Of a stretch of DNA of 64,000 nucleotides, positions 10,150-20,248 are shown one piece after another. The notes under the pieces were generated by a model. That model saw nothing but the letters and a program-made list of their open reading frames with translations, was not told the DNA's origin and did not search any database. A program made the position numbers and the translations under genes. The stretch is taken from assembly GCA_016212525.1 (NCBI GenBank), contig JACRGD010000010.1, positions 527,860 to 591,859 on the forward strand. The letters are read 5' to 3'. The DNA comes from Candidatus Micrarchaeota archaeon. GTDB lineage: Archaea; Micrarchaeota; Micrarchaeia; Anstonellales; Bilamarchaeaceae. How positions within the stretch are numbered: the first letter of the stretch is position 1; the number at the start of each line of letters is the position of its first letter.

Positions 10150-11403
10150 TTATGCCTCAGAGTGTAAACTAGAAAGTATTAGCTCGTACGCTCTCTTTGC
10201 ACGCATCCAAGGATAGAGATACGCGGATTTTGAAGGAGAAATAAGTATCAGATAGAAAACATATTTGCCTTCCTGAAAGATAGATAAATAAAGTTCAACG
10301 GAATCGGATAGTTGACCGCTTGATCGGTATTGAGTTATCTTCCTAGAAGAATCTACAATAAGAGAGTAGGATTCCCATTTGGAAATTGATTTTATATTCA
10401 TCAGACCAAGATCCGTAGTTGCAGACGAAAGCAAGGAGTCCTGGTTTGAGAGACTAGCATTAGAATCATTAGAGCCAACCAATCTCAGGTAACCTAGGAT
10501 CTGATCGTTTTCATTAAGAACCATTTCAAATGCCACTTTTCCAGATTTTTGAGTAACGTGTGTAGACCAGCTCACAGGATAGCTGAGTGATAAAGAAAGA
10601 TCACCAAGAGCAGCAGTAGTCAGCTTTTCGAGATAGATTTTTGAAGTTGGATTTTTTAGAACAAATGAAGAGATGACAATAGCAATATCTTCCTCATGTT
10701 TGGAGTAATTTTTTGCCTTGCAGTAAATGTCAAGAGAATAGATTCCGTAGCCCTCCTTAAAGATCAGTTTTCTAGTTAGAATATCTTCATTGCGATCGTT
10801 TTTCCAGAGCACAACTGCGTCGAGACAGTCATGACCAGAGACAGAACGAAGTACGCTGGAAATAATCTTTCCAGAGCGAACATTGGCCCACTGATCGACT
10901 AAATCGGAAAGGGAGAGTTCTACATTTAGAGGAGTTAGGGATACAAAGATTACAACCGAATCAGCAGTATCATTCTCATAGAGGCTAACCAGCTCTGCGG
11001 GTTTGCCCAGATGAAATCCCTCAAATTTAGCAAGAACCGGTTTCCAGGAGGGAGAAACAAGTATCGAAAAGCCCGTAGGTAGAACAGTCTCAAGTAGTCC
11101 GGGAAGAGTGAGTTCAAAGGAATATGAAAACGGAGCACATTTTTTGGATTTTGAAGCTAATTCAGATGAACCATAATATGGAAAGGACATAGATGCCATG
11201 AAAAACAAATAGAAGAGGACAAATAAAAACGTAAGTAAGCAACTAGAGAGAATAAGAATTACAATAGATACTTTAAATCCGTGCCAATAGGAAAAAATAG
11301 TGGCGAGATTAGTAAAGCATCGATATGTAAGAGGTCCTAATAATCTAATAGTCCTAAAAGCAGTTAGAGACATACCAGAGCAATCGCAAAGAAGCATTTC
11401 CAA
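10150..11403 (-). CDS. Membrane-anchored hypothetical protein
   Basis: One N-terminal TM segment (VSIVILILSSCLLTFLFVLFYLFF) followed by about 340 aa. The true start is probably downstream of 11403, for example M at 11373, because the 5' end overlaps a divergent ORF. Confidence 0.55.
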   Translation of the reverse strand: MEMLLCDCSGMSLTAFRTIRLLGPLTYRCFTNLATIFSYWHGFKVSIVILILSSCLLTFLFVLFYLFFMASMSFPYYGSSELASKSKKCAPFSYSFELTLPGLLETVLPTGFSILVSPSWKPVLAKFEGFHLGKPAELVSLYENDTADSVVIFVSLTPLNVELSLSDLVDQWANVRSGKIISSVLRSVSGHDCLDAVVLWKNDRNEDILTRKLIFKEGYGIYSLDIYCKAKNYSKHEEDIAIVISSFVLKNPTSKIYLEKLTTAALGDLSLSLSYPVSWSTHVTQKSGKVAFEMVLNENDQILGYLRLVGSNDSNASLSNQDSLLSSATTDLGLMNIKSISKWESYSLIVDSSRKITQYRSSGQLSDSVELYLSIFQEGKYVFYLILISPSKSAYLYPWMRAKRAYELILSSLHSEA

Positions 11404-11833
11404 AAAAGAACCTCAAATAGACAGATATAATGAGGAAGCAAACAGATTGGATGCTTGCGACGAGATAGCATCATTTCTGGCAACCGCAGGCGCAGGAGAA
11501 GTGATGGCATTACCAAGCATAGCCACATTGACAAGATTAGGGTGTCCCGAAACGCTCAAAATCAGAGTAAGTCTTGATAAATTAGAACTGACAGACTTAG
11601 GAACAGAACTATTTCCAGTGGGCCCTTTTGAAAGATATGGTGAAGGGGTTAATGAGTGGTATCTGATGCTTTGGCGAATATTCAAAAAAAGCGAAGTCCA
11701 TGGAATGGTTATTGATAATAAACACAGTTCGGGCACCAGAAGAGCATCAGTTAAGATATACGATAATTCCCACCTGCAAGAATACGATCTTGAAGATCTG
11801 GTTATTGCACTAAATCAAAGCAGACAACCATAA
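11300..11833 (+). CDS. Hypothetical protein (start uncertain; an ATG at 11504 would avoid overlap)
   Basis: ORF with a GTG start that overlaps the 5' end of the divergent gene by 104 nt. No motif recognised. Confidence 0.35.
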   Translation: MARLVKHRYVRGPNNLIVLKAVRDIPEQSQRSISKKEPQIDRYNEEANRLDACDEIASFLATAGAGEVMALPSIATLTRLGCPETLKIRVSLDKLELTDLGTELFPVGPFERYGEGVNEWYLMLWRIFKKSEVHGMVIDNKHSSGTRRASVKIYDNSHLQEYDLEDLVIALNQSRQP

Positions 11834-11900
11834 GATGTTCGTAAGCCAAGCCCAGAGGAGACGACGAAGCTGAGTAGCGATTTGCTCCGCTTGCAACAAG

Positions 11901-11996
11901 ATGGTCAGACGCTGTTGACAGGCTTTTTGACTTCTGCATTATAATGACAAAAACCCTGGAAAAAGTCAGAAGGAGAAATGGTCAGACGCTGTTGAC
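11901..11996 (+). repeat. 19-nt perfect direct repeat ATGGTCAGACGCTGTTGAC (11901-11919 and 11978-11996), each copy followed by TTGACTTCT
   Basis: Read directly in a 360-nt ORF-free region. Each copy starts a 5-codon mini-ORF (MVRRC-stop), and the second is preceded by AAGGAG. Confidence 0.7.
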
Positions 11997-12193
11997 TTCT
12001 TCATCAGCAGATCGGTACTTATAGGAAGTATTCCCGTCCACCTAGGCGGTTGTTCAGCTCATCATTCCAGATAGATAGTGGATGCAATTGTTTATAGCAC
12101 CTCACATGGCAGTAGATACTACCTGAGCGACGTGAAACGAGATTTAGCTAGTGCAGCCTCCTCGAAACGAACTTTAGCTCCAGCAATATGCAA

Positions 12194-12925
12194 CTAGGTG
12201 CTTGTTTTAGCTGCAGGGTTAAGAGATTCGATAAACGAAACCAGACTAGACCAATCAGAACAGACCGCATCTAACCTAGCGCGATAGTCAGTAGAAGCAT
12301 CTGGAGGACTAAGAGCATCCGAATCAAATAAGGACTGACGGGCATTATTGAAATGTTTAACCGCGAGATCACGATTTCCTGATTCGGAATCCTGGACGAA
12401 AGCCCGAAGCAAATTCCAAGCACGACGAACCAGAACTTTTCTGCTTAGCAAGGGCAGCGAGGCATCTTCATAGACCATGCTGGATCTGCCTAGCAAATCC
12501 GCAGCAGCCACCAAAGCAGCAGAGCGTTTTGATGAATCAGACTGACGGGAAGCTTCATACTCACGAACATTTGATGCCCTAAAAAGTTCATCCGCGGCGG
12601 ACCTAAGATCAGCAGGGTTTGAGCAGCATTCATACGCCTTCAAATATGCGCGTGAAGAATCAGTATAATCAATAACGGCACGGTTAAATTCTCCCGATCG
12701 AAAACGAAACATGGCCGCCTCAGATAAGAGAGATCCAGCGGCTACATAATCAGAACGGGAAGAAACAGGATCAGTAGAGATAGATAAATCCGCCCGAGTT
12801 AGGAGTGCCTTTGCAGATCGCTCACTCTGAGCCATCGGATCAGCAGGACGCGGAGCTACACCTGAACCGGGAACGCTAAAAGGAGGGAGAGAAGTCAGAG
12901 TAGGGGGCCTAACACGTTGTGCCAT
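12194..12925 (-). CDS. Hypothetical alpha-helical protein, Lys-poor (6 K in 243 aa)
   Basis: Long ORF. No motif recognised. Confidence 0.55.
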   Translation of the reverse strand: MAQRVRPPTLTSLPPFSVPGSGVAPRPADPMAQSERSAKALLTRADLSISTDPVSSRSDYVAAGSLLSEAAMFRFRSGEFNRAVIDYTDSSRAYLKAYECCSNPADLRSAADELFRASNVREYEASRQSDSSKRSAALVAAADLLGRSSMVYEDASLPLLSRKVLVRRAWNLLRAFVQDSESGNRDLAVKHFNNARQSLFDSDALSPPDASTDYRARLDAVCSDWSSLVSFIESLNPAAKTST

Positions 12926-13009
12926 TATTTGTATCTGTCAGCAAGGAATTATAATGGTTATAGATTATTGAATCTTATGAATTAATAGCTGAAACAGCCC
13001 AAATACCAG

Positions 13010-13615
13010 TCACTTGATCTTTGTTGCCTTATAGATATAGACGACTTCGAAAAAGAAGGCCTGCCTAAGAGCCACTTCCACAGTATACCCAAGAGCCTTG
13101 AGTTTGCGCTTTGTCTTAGTCGGACCATTCAAATCACTCTGGACCAAAAGCAGGCATCCACCCTTCTTGAGATAAGGATCAAACTTATCAAGGAAAACGT
13201 CAAGAACAAGTCGCCCATCTTTGCCGCCGTCAAACGCGTGATTGAGCGGACCGTTTAGTTTGTCCTTATATTCAGTAGGCAGATAGGGGGGATTGAACAA
13301 AATTGCATCGAACTTCTTTTTTGGAACATTTGAAAACAAATCACTCTGCTCAAAGTTCATGTTTTTGAGTTTGTTGAGTTTGGCATTGTTGGAGGCACAT
13401 CGGACTGCATCACTACTTATATCGATTGCCAGAACCTCGCAATTGGCATACCTGGCAGCGCAAAGTCCGGCAATACCACTTCCGCAACCAATTTCGAGAA
13501 CGGATCCATTCTTTTTAAGATTGCCCGCAGCCTCTGCAAGCATAAACGAATCTTCTGCAGGTTCGTAGACCGTATCTGGAATTTCGAGAGTTAACTCCCT
13601 GAACGTAGTTTTCAT
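13010..13615 (-). CDS. HemK-related SAM-dependent methyltransferase (archaeal PrmC/Mtq2-like)
   Basis: VLEIGCGSGIAGL (SAM motif I) and ILFNPPYLP (NPPY motif IV). Confidence 0.8.
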   Translation of the reverse strand: MKTTFRELTLEIPDTVYEPAEDSFMLAEAAGNLKKNGSVLEIGCGSGIAGLCAARYANCEVLAIDISSDAVRCASNNAKLNKLKNMNFEQSDLFSNVPKKKFDAILFNPPYLPTEYKDKLNGPLNHAFDGGKDGRLVLDVFLDKFDPYLKKGGCLLLVQSDLNGPTKTKRKLKALGYTVEVALRQAFFFEVVYIYKATKIK

Positions 13616-13680
13616 TAAATTTACCTTAATAGAAAAGGATTAGAAAGGATGCAATTAATTAAGTATGTTTAGTTGAGCAA

Positions 13681-14313
13681 ATGGACGAATTACTAATTTA
13701 TCTTCTTAGAAAAGGCGCAAATGTGGAACTTCTCAAAACCACCACGTCCAAGATAGCGCAAGAAACGCAGAGTTCACAGCAAACGATTTCACGAAAGCTG
13801 CTGGAATTGGAGAAAGATCAACTGGTCGAGCGAACGCCGGATGGAATATTACTTACAAAAAAAGCAGTAGAGCGACTCGAAAAATTCTACCTGAGCCTCA
13901 AGGCAGCATTTGAAAATCCAAAGCGCAAACTCGAACTCAAAGGAACAGTAAAATCCGGACTTGGTGAGGGCAAATATTATCTCTCAATGAACGGATACCG
14001 CAACCAGATCATTGAGAAAATAGGATTTGATCCATACTTAGGAACGCTCAACATCCGCCTGCTAGAGGGCGAATTGTGGAAAAGAAAGTTACTAAGCGAA
14101 CTCAAACCCATAATAATATCAGGATTCAAAGACGGCGAGCGGACATTTGGAGATCTCTATGCGTATATGGCAAAGATAGAGCAGATCGACTGCGCGATAA
14201 TAGTGCCACTAAGAACCCACCATGGTCAGGAAATAATAGAACTCATCAGCAAAGAGTCGCTAAGGAAAAAATTCTCCAAAAAAGATGGAGATGAAATAAC
14301 GGTTATCTTATGA
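13681..14313 (+). CDS. ribK: CTP-dependent riboflavin kinase with an N-terminal HTH domain (RbkR-like)
   Basis: The C-terminal half carries LKGTVKSGLGEGKYY...PYLGTLNIRL, typical of the MJ0056-type kinase. The N-terminal ~80 aa is winged-helix-like (QQTISRKLLELEKDQLVER). Confidence 0.8.
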   Translation: MDELLIYLLRKGANVELLKTTTSKIAQETQSSQQTISRKLLELEKDQLVERTPDGILLTKKAVERLEKFYLSLKAAFENPKRKLELKGTVKSGLGEGKYYLSMNGYRNQIIEKIGFDPYLGTLNIRLLEGELWKRKLLSELKPIIISGFKDGERTFGDLYAYMAKIEQIDCAIIVPLRTHHGQEIIELISKESLRKKFSKKDGDEITVIL

Positions 14314-15659
14314 TCGAAATCGAGGGAATAGTAACGCGGATAGGCAGATCGTATTCATCTGAAAAAACATACATAGTTAGCGATGGAAAAACTGAATTCC
14401 AAATAGGAACCCGGGAGTATATACCCCTTGGAACCGCAGTAAAAGTAATTGGAGAATTATCTGGAGAAAAAATAATCGCAAGAAAAATTGAGACTCTAAT
14501 GGGAGAGATCGCAAAAGACGCAATCCAAAGAATAAATGAACAGATAACAAATACAATCAATGTTCCATCAACGCTCGAGATTGTCAAGAATGAAACGACA
14601 GTAAAGTTTTATCCCAAAATGAAAGAGATGACACTAAGGCTCATTTGCGCACGCAAACTTAATCGCCCCACGATAGTCCGATTTCATGGCGATGCAGACG
14701 GGATATGCAGCGCGTTAGCAATCACATCGATCATAAACGCGAAAACATACCAGCAAAACTCGGCAATATACAACGTAAAGGATGCGCTTTTTGACATAGA
14801 AAACATAGGCCAGGAGACCAACCCGCTCGCAGTGTTTGTCGATTTTGGATCGGGTGAGAAAAATCTCGAAGCGATTAAACTGCTAAAAGCAGCAGGTATA
14901 GAAGTCCTGATAATTGACCACCATCCATTTGTCGAATCCCAATACGCGCATCTGTTCAATCCATTAGCGTTCGATCCAAATTCATCCAAATATTGCTGCG
15001 GTTATTTGTGCGCAGAAATAGCAATTCTAGCCGGAGCACCAAAAGACAAAATGCTGGATTTGGCAAAGACAGCTGCGGCAGGAGATAAATCAGACATACT
15101 CGAAATTGGCGAGAAAGAAGTTACAAAAGCACTGGTGCTGGACTTTCTCTCTGCTCATGCATCATTTGGAAACAAACTCGAATTCTATAAGAACGTACTT
15201 GCAAAAGAGGATTTGTTCAATTCGCTCGCAAAGCAGGCAGAAGAAGAGATCTCGGAAGCATCAAGAAAGATAATTCGAAGTGAAGTTAAGAGAGTAAATG
15301 CGGGCACAATAGAAATTGTAAGCTTTTGCCTCAATAGCTTCATAACCAAGGGCGAATGGCCTCCGTCGAGTAAAATCACAACCCGTATTTTCGAAATCAT
15401 TGTGAAGGAAACCCCAGAAGTACCAATTATTTGCCTAGGCTATAATGAACGGACAATAATCATCAGAATAAACGAAAGGGGAGCGAAAATGGGCCTGGAC
15501 TCGAACAAGATAGCACAGGACATACTTGAGATAATGCCGGATTTCGTAGAAGGTGGAGGCGGACATATCCGCGCTGGTGCGATACGAGTTCGGGAAGGAT
15601 TTGTCAGAGAAGTATTAGGTCAAATAATAAAGAGAATCGAGGAGAGAGTTGAAAGTTAA
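14310..15659 (+). CDS. RecJ/GAN-like DHH-family phosphoesterase with an N-terminal OB-fold
   Basis: RFHGDADGICSA (DHH motif I/II), IIDHHP (DHH) and GGGGHIRAGA (DHHA1) motifs. The ORF overlaps ribK by 4 nt (ATGA), suggesting an operon. Confidence 0.8.
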   Translation: MIEIEGIVTRIGRSYSSEKTYIVSDGKTEFQIGTREYIPLGTAVKVIGELSGEKIIARKIETLMGEIAKDAIQRINEQITNTINVPSTLEIVKNETTVKFYPKMKEMTLRLICARKLNRPTIVRFHGDADGICSALAITSIINAKTYQQNSAIYNVKDALFDIENIGQETNPLAVFVDFGSGEKNLEAIKLLKAAGIEVLIIDHHPFVESQYAHLFNPLAFDPNSSKYCCGYLCAEIAILAGAPKDKMLDLAKTAAAGDKSDILEIGEKEVTKALVLDFLSAHASFGNKLEFYKNVLAKEDLFNSLAKQAEEEISEASRKIIRSEVKRVNAGTIEIVSFCLNSFITKGEWPPSSKITTRIFEIIVKETPEVPIICLGYNERTIIIRINERGAKMGLDSNKIAQDILEIMPDFVEGGGGHIRAGAIRVREGFVREVLGQIIKRIEERVES

Positions 15660-15920
15660 CAGTTGGCATTAGCAGCAATTAGAATGCATTAGTTACGAAC
15701 TGGGAGTTTGTATTTGTCGAGATGGCCGAGGCAGAAGTTACTGCAAGCACATACCAGTTTCAAGAACATACATCCTAGCCAAGCAGATTTAGTCTAAGAG
15801 CAGACTTTGATCTGACAATAACATAAACACAAGAATAGCAAAAAGAATTATAATTTCTAACCGTAATTATATAGTAACATAAATACAATTAAACAATTAC
15901 GATTTATTGGAGAGAGAATT

Positions 15921-16925
15921 ATGAAAGTAGCAATAAGCGGCTTTGGCCGAATCGGAAAATCATTCTTACGCGCTGCGATAAAGCAGGGTGCGCTTGGCAG
16001 GGATTTTGAGGTAGTTGCAATAAACACCCGAAGCCCGGTTGAGCAGCACGCTCATTTGTTCAAGTACGACTCGGTTTTTGGAAGATTCGAAGGGACAGTG
16101 GAGGCGGCAGACGGAAATCTGATCATAAATCACCAGAAGATAAAATGGATCACTGAAACAGACCCACTTAAACTCCCATGGAAAGAACTCGGAGTCGATC
16201 TGGTTTTGGACAGCACAGGAGCATTCAAATCCAGAGCAGACGCAGAAAAACACCTTAAAGCAGGAGCGAGATTGGTTTTGATCTCCGCACCCGCAAAGGA
16301 AGTCGATGCAACAATCGTCCCCGGAGTAAATGACCATAAAATAGAAAAAAACATGACTGTATTTTCATTGGCATCGTGCACGACAAATTGTCTTGCTCCA
16401 ATACTCAAGGTAATGGATGAAAAATGGGGAATAGAAAGCGGCTTTTTGAGTACGGTTCATGCATATACAAATGATCAGAACATAGTCGATGGAAGCCACA
16501 GCGACATGCGCCGGGCGCGGGCAGCGGCCATGAATATAATTCCAACCAGCACAGGTGCAGCAAAGGCAATTGGAGAGGTAGTAACGAACCTAACTGGATG
16601 CATGGATGGGATCGCATTTAGGGTTCCAGTGCCATGCGGTTCGATGAACGATGTTACGCTGCTTCTGAAGAAAGAAGCCTCGGCAGCTGAAATCAATGCA
16701 GAACTAAAGCGAGCCTCGAACGAGGAACTCAAGGGAATATTGGGCTACACGGAAGAGGAACTTGTGTCCTCAGATATAATCGGAACGACCCAATCCTCGA
16801 TAATCGATTCAAAACTCACAAAGTGCAGAGGCAAACTCGCTAAAATCTGCGCATGGTATGACAATGAATTTGGATACTCCAATCGGCTTGTTGACTTTGT
16901 AAGAAAAGTCGGAAAAATGCAATAA
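15921..16925 (+). CDS. gap: Glyceraldehyde-3-phosphate dehydrogenase, type I
   Basis: MKVAISGFGRIGK (NAD binding), the SCTTNCLAP active site and WYDNEFGYS. Confidence 0.9.
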   Translation: MKVAISGFGRIGKSFLRAAIKQGALGRDFEVVAINTRSPVEQHAHLFKYDSVFGRFEGTVEAADGNLIINHQKIKWITETDPLKLPWKELGVDLVLDSTGAFKSRADAEKHLKAGARLVLISAPAKEVDATIVPGVNDHKIEKNMTVFSLASCTTNCLAPILKVMDEKWGIESGFLSTVHAYTNDQNIVDGSHSDMRRARAAAMNIIPTSTGAAKAIGEVVTNLTGCMDGIAFRVPVPCGSMNDVTLLLKKEASAAEINAELKRASNEELKGILGYTEEELVSSDIIGTTQSSIIDSKLTKCRGKLAKICAWYDNEFGYSNRLVDFVRKVGKMQ

Positions 16926-16984
16926 TTTTCCCTAAAGGCGATCGATTCATTGTACTAAATCATAGCCAGACAACAGGTAGATGT

Positions 16985-18475
16985 TTAACTACCATATAGT
17001 GAACAATAGCTAGACCCGTAAAGATCCCCATTTGGCACAAAACCACTCATTTTTATTGCCACAGTTGTACTTGTAGATTGATTAATGATTGGAATCTCAA
17101 CTCCTTTTACTATGACTCCAGTACCCCCACAAGTTCGTACATAACTAAATCGCCTACTAAAACAATCGGGATCCAGTATGCTCGAATCCCAAGTCCCAAA
17201 TATTATTCTTACATAATAGGGCGTGTGGAGAGTTGTTGGGAGTGCAAAATATCGATATGACAAATCGGTTTCTGGATCGGACAAGGTGACTGGATCAACA
17301 GATGTTTTTGAACTATCTGGAGCAATTACGGAAAAATCAGCAGTGCAGGTATCGCCCCTAGCTTCCAATACTTCGGATAAAACATTATCTAAACCCAATC
17401 TTGTCTGACTTATGCCTACGCTCACTATGTAGTTGGGGAAATTAACTGTGGACCCTCCGATTGAAACATCACTAGGAGTTAGGTCGTTAATTAGCAATAA
17501 TTTTCTTCCGGTAGATGAACTAAAAGAAGTAACCGCATCGCTTGAAAGGTCAGTTGCTTCCCTTACTGATGAAGGTGCTGGATTACATGCTCCATTATTG
17601 CAACCATAAGTGCATGTTTGCGAGATCATTCGCTTGGCACCGAATCTGCAATAGTATTCTGTGATCGTATTCCCGCTGCAATAATCCACTCGGCTTTCCC
17701 GCGTACCTGAACTACCGTCGTAATAACTAATTGTTCCCTTTACATTATAGTTAGTTCCGCCATCAGTGTCACTACAGGTTTCATTGGTAGAAGAAGCTCC
17801 TGCTAAAAGAGAATTACAAGCGCCTCCTCTAGAAGAACAACCATCAGGGCACGAATATACTTCGACTCCAGTAGTATTATCTGAGTTACAATAATACTCT
17901 ATAACCCGATTAGCAAGGCATGAATCGGTTCTTGTTTCCCAAGTAGTTCCGTTAGAAGAAGTAGTAGTACCATTTACGTAGTATCTTTTTCCGTTGTCCG
18001 AATCATTGCAGGTCCTTATTGGAACTGCCGGATTACAGACTCCCTCAGAACAACCATTAGGGCAGGAATGGAGAGTCACTCCACGAGTGTTGTTAGCGTT
18101 ACAATAAAACTCAGTAACAAAGTTCAGAAGACAAAAATCGGTTTTGATTTCTATGCTTCGATTCTTTAGTACAAAGGTACTTCCTCGTTGCTCATAGTTT
18201 CTGCCGCCATCAGTATCATTACAAGATCCGCTGGTTCCCCTATGAGATCCCAGAAGTCTTCGCGCTTTATCATCAGTTTCATTATACGTCTGAACATCTT
18301 CTAAAAGGTCAACCTTACTCACATTTCCTATTAGCGCTATCTTAATTTCTTCAGCTACGGAAGTAGTAGAGAAAGGAGAGAGATTTTGAGGTTGTAGAAC
18401 CGTTGGCTCTCTATTTTGTATGCAACCGCCAATAAGAAGTCCCCCAAAAAGCAATAGCAAAATTACTAATCTCAT
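16985..18475 (-). CDS. Secreted Cys-rich protein with three tandem ~70-aa repeats
   Basis: The signal peptide ends in LLIGGC. Three repeats follow the pattern C-x-D-[TS]-D-x-G-x-x-Y...D-x-C...E-[YF]-Y-C...C-P-x-G-C...C-N. TTTATAAT at 18498-18505 lies upstream of the start. Confidence 0.7.
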   Translation of the reverse strand: MRLVILLLLFGGLLIGGCIQNREPTVLQPQNLSPFSTTSVAEEIKIALIGNVSKVDLLEDVQTYNETDDKARRLLGSHRGTSGSCNDTDGGRNYEQRGSTFVLKNRSIEIKTDFCLLNFVTEFYCNANNTRGVTLHSCPNGCSEGVCNPAVPIRTCNDSDNGKRYYVNGTTTSSNGTTWETRTDSCLANRVIEYYCNSDNTTGVEVYSCPDGCSSRGGACNSLLAGASSTNETCSDTDGGTNYNVKGTISYYDGSSGTRESRVDYCSGNTITEYYCRFGAKRMISQTCTYGCNNGACNPAPSSVREATDLSSDAVTSFSSSTGRKLLLINDLTPSDVSIGGSTVNFPNYIVSVGISQTRLGLDNVLSEVLEARGDTCTADFSVIAPDSSKTSVDPVTLSDPETDLSYRYFALPTTLHTPYYVRIIFGTWDSSILDPDCFSRRFSYVRTCGGTGVIVKGVEIPIINQSTSTTVAIKMSGFVPNGDLYGSSYCSLYGS

Positions 18476-18733
18476 ATAGAGGGTTCTGGCAATATTATTT
18501 ATAATGGCTCCACCCCAGGAAAAAGCCCAACGGAGACATGAAGAGATTAAATTAGTTTGATAGATAGTTCACCAAACTCCCCCCCAATAATTCGGCATAA
18601 CTCGGAAATAAAGCAATTACCGAATTTTTCCGAAATGCCATGTTCGAGGGGAGCTCGAGCAGGGTGCTCAATAGAGTAGAGATGTTTCATCGTTCCCTGG
18701 AGCCCTTCGCTCGACTTTAGAATTCGTGAATCC

Positions 18734-19636
18734 CTAATTTATATCAATAACAGTAATCTCGGGATTAGTAAATAATCTAAACCCAGTTGTTCCTCTAGTA
18801 AGGCCGCATGTCACATAATCATCCACATGATTATTTCGCCTGTTCCAGCCGCCAACAACATCACCAAAACCCCGCATAACATTGGCTAATATATATTGAG
18901 TAACAAATGGAATTCGGACTTCTCCACAATGAGTATGGCCAGAAAGGATAAGGGACTTAGTTGGAATGACGGTTTCGTTTATTGCTATCCGCTCATGAAC
19001 TAAAATTATTTTTGGAAGGTTTAGATTAGACTCCAGGTATTTATTTCGCCCGCTCCAAAGATCGTCTGAGCCATATAGTTCGAACGGTTTTGTGCGAATA
19101 TTTATTTGTTCAAATTCGTTTCGCAGGACATTTATTCCATCGGATTCGAGTTCATCAGACACAGACTGCGCAAGAGCAAGATTGGAGTTCTCGCCCCCGA
19201 TTAGTCCGGAAGTCCACAAAGCATAGTCATGATTTCCAAGAACGGCATAGGTTCCATATTTCGCCCTAAGTTCCCGCAATGGGCGCAGTTTTGCTACTTC
19301 ATCAGGATTGGAGTTTACAAAATCACCGGCGATTAGAATCAAGTCGGGGTTTTGCTGATTAATCAGACTGACCTTCTTCTCCAAATCACCGATCGTTTCA
19401 GATCCGATATGGATATCACTAACAAGAACCACACGAACTGGATCCGAATCAGCAGAACCAGTTAAATTGTAGCTGTGTTTCGTAATGACGATTTTTTCCG
19501 GCTCTATGAATTTGGCATCTATTAAAACCAAAAGAAAAGACACAATAAGAAATACAATAGCAAACAGAAAGAATCGGATGAATTTGGAATTAAACACGTA
19601 AGAGATAGCACTAAATGAGAATAAAAAGACAAACAT
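18734..19636 (-). CDS. Membrane-anchored calcineurin-like metallophosphoesterase
   Basis: N-terminal TM segments followed by the VLVSDIHIG, AGDFV, GNHD and GHTH motifs. Confidence 0.8.
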   Translation of the reverse strand: MFVFLFSFSAISYVFNSKFIRFFLFAIVFLIVSFLLVLIDAKFIEPEKIVITKHSYNLTGSADSDPVRVVLVSDIHIGSETIGDLEKKVSLINQQNPDLILIAGDFVNSNPDEVAKLRPLRELRAKYGTYAVLGNHDYALWTSGLIGGENSNLALAQSVSDELESDGINVLRNEFEQINIRTKPFELYGSDDLWSGRNKYLESNLNLPKIILVHERIAINETVIPTKSLILSGHTHCGEVRIPFVTQYILANVMRGFGDVVGGWNRRNNHVDDYVTCGLTRGTTGFRLFTNPEITVIDIN

Positions 19637-20220
19637 TACTGTGTTTTGAGAATTAGATCAACTGCAGATGCAAAATCAGAAACGATTAGAGTAGCTTTTG
19701 AAACCGAAGGAGAAAGACTCTCGAGTTCCTTCGAATCGCCTATCAGGATAGGCTTGCATCCGGCATTAACTGCGGCCATAACATCGACCTTCCGGTCTCC
19801 AACCATAAAGGAGTTTGAAAGGTCGATCGAGAGGGCTTTTGCGGCATCAAGGATCATGCCGGATTTGGGCTTCCGGCAATTGCAGTCGACAATTAATTCC
19901 AAACGCACATGAGGATTTGGAGAATCCAGCGAGGATCGGGGCAGATGAGGACAGAAATAAACCGCATCAATTACAGCGCCACTCTCACGTTGGATTTCAG
20001 CTTTCAGATGGTTCGTAATGGTCCAGAAATCGGATTCGTTGAATGTGCCACGGGCGATTCCGGATTGGTTAGTAATTAGAACGACCAGAAAACCAGCATT
20101 ATTAAGTCGTTTTATGCCATTGGAAACGCCGGCTAATAACTCGAAATCGCAAATTTTATGCAAGTAACCGCAATCCCGGATAAGGGTCCCGTCACGATCC
20201 AGAAATACGGCCCGAGTCAT
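19636..20220 (-). CDS. HAD-IIIA phosphatase (GmhB / histidinol-phosphatase-like)
   Basis: AVFLDRDGTL (DxDxT), CNCRKPKSGM and VGDRKVDV motifs. Confidence 0.8.
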   Translation of the reverse strand: MTRAVFLDRDGTLIRDCGYLHKICDFELLAGVSNGIKRLNNAGFLVVLITNQSGIARGTFNESDFWTITNHLKAEIQRESGAVIDAVYFCPHLPRSSLDSPNPHVRLELIVDCNCRKPKSGMILDAAKALSIDLSNSFMVGDRKVDVMAAVNAGCKPILIGDSKELESLSPSVSKATLIVSDFASAVDLILKTQ

Positions 20221-20248
20221 TGGATAAACCCGAAAAATTGAGATAAAA

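Noticed and set aside
11834-12193. SRP RNA or RNase P RNA in the long intergenic region
   Set aside because: I could not find the conserved SRP helix-8 motif or the RNase P CR-I (GAGGAAAGUCC-like) motif. The region is reported only as an unexplained repeat-containing stretch.
18588-18639. Imperfect inverted repeats (AATTCGG...CCGAATT and GGCATAACTCGGAAA...TTTCCGAAATGCC) that could form alternative hairpins
   Set aside because: They lie in the 3' region of the metallophosphoesterase gene. A transcript-end structure is the simplest explanation. The case for a riboswitch-like element is too weak without conservation data.
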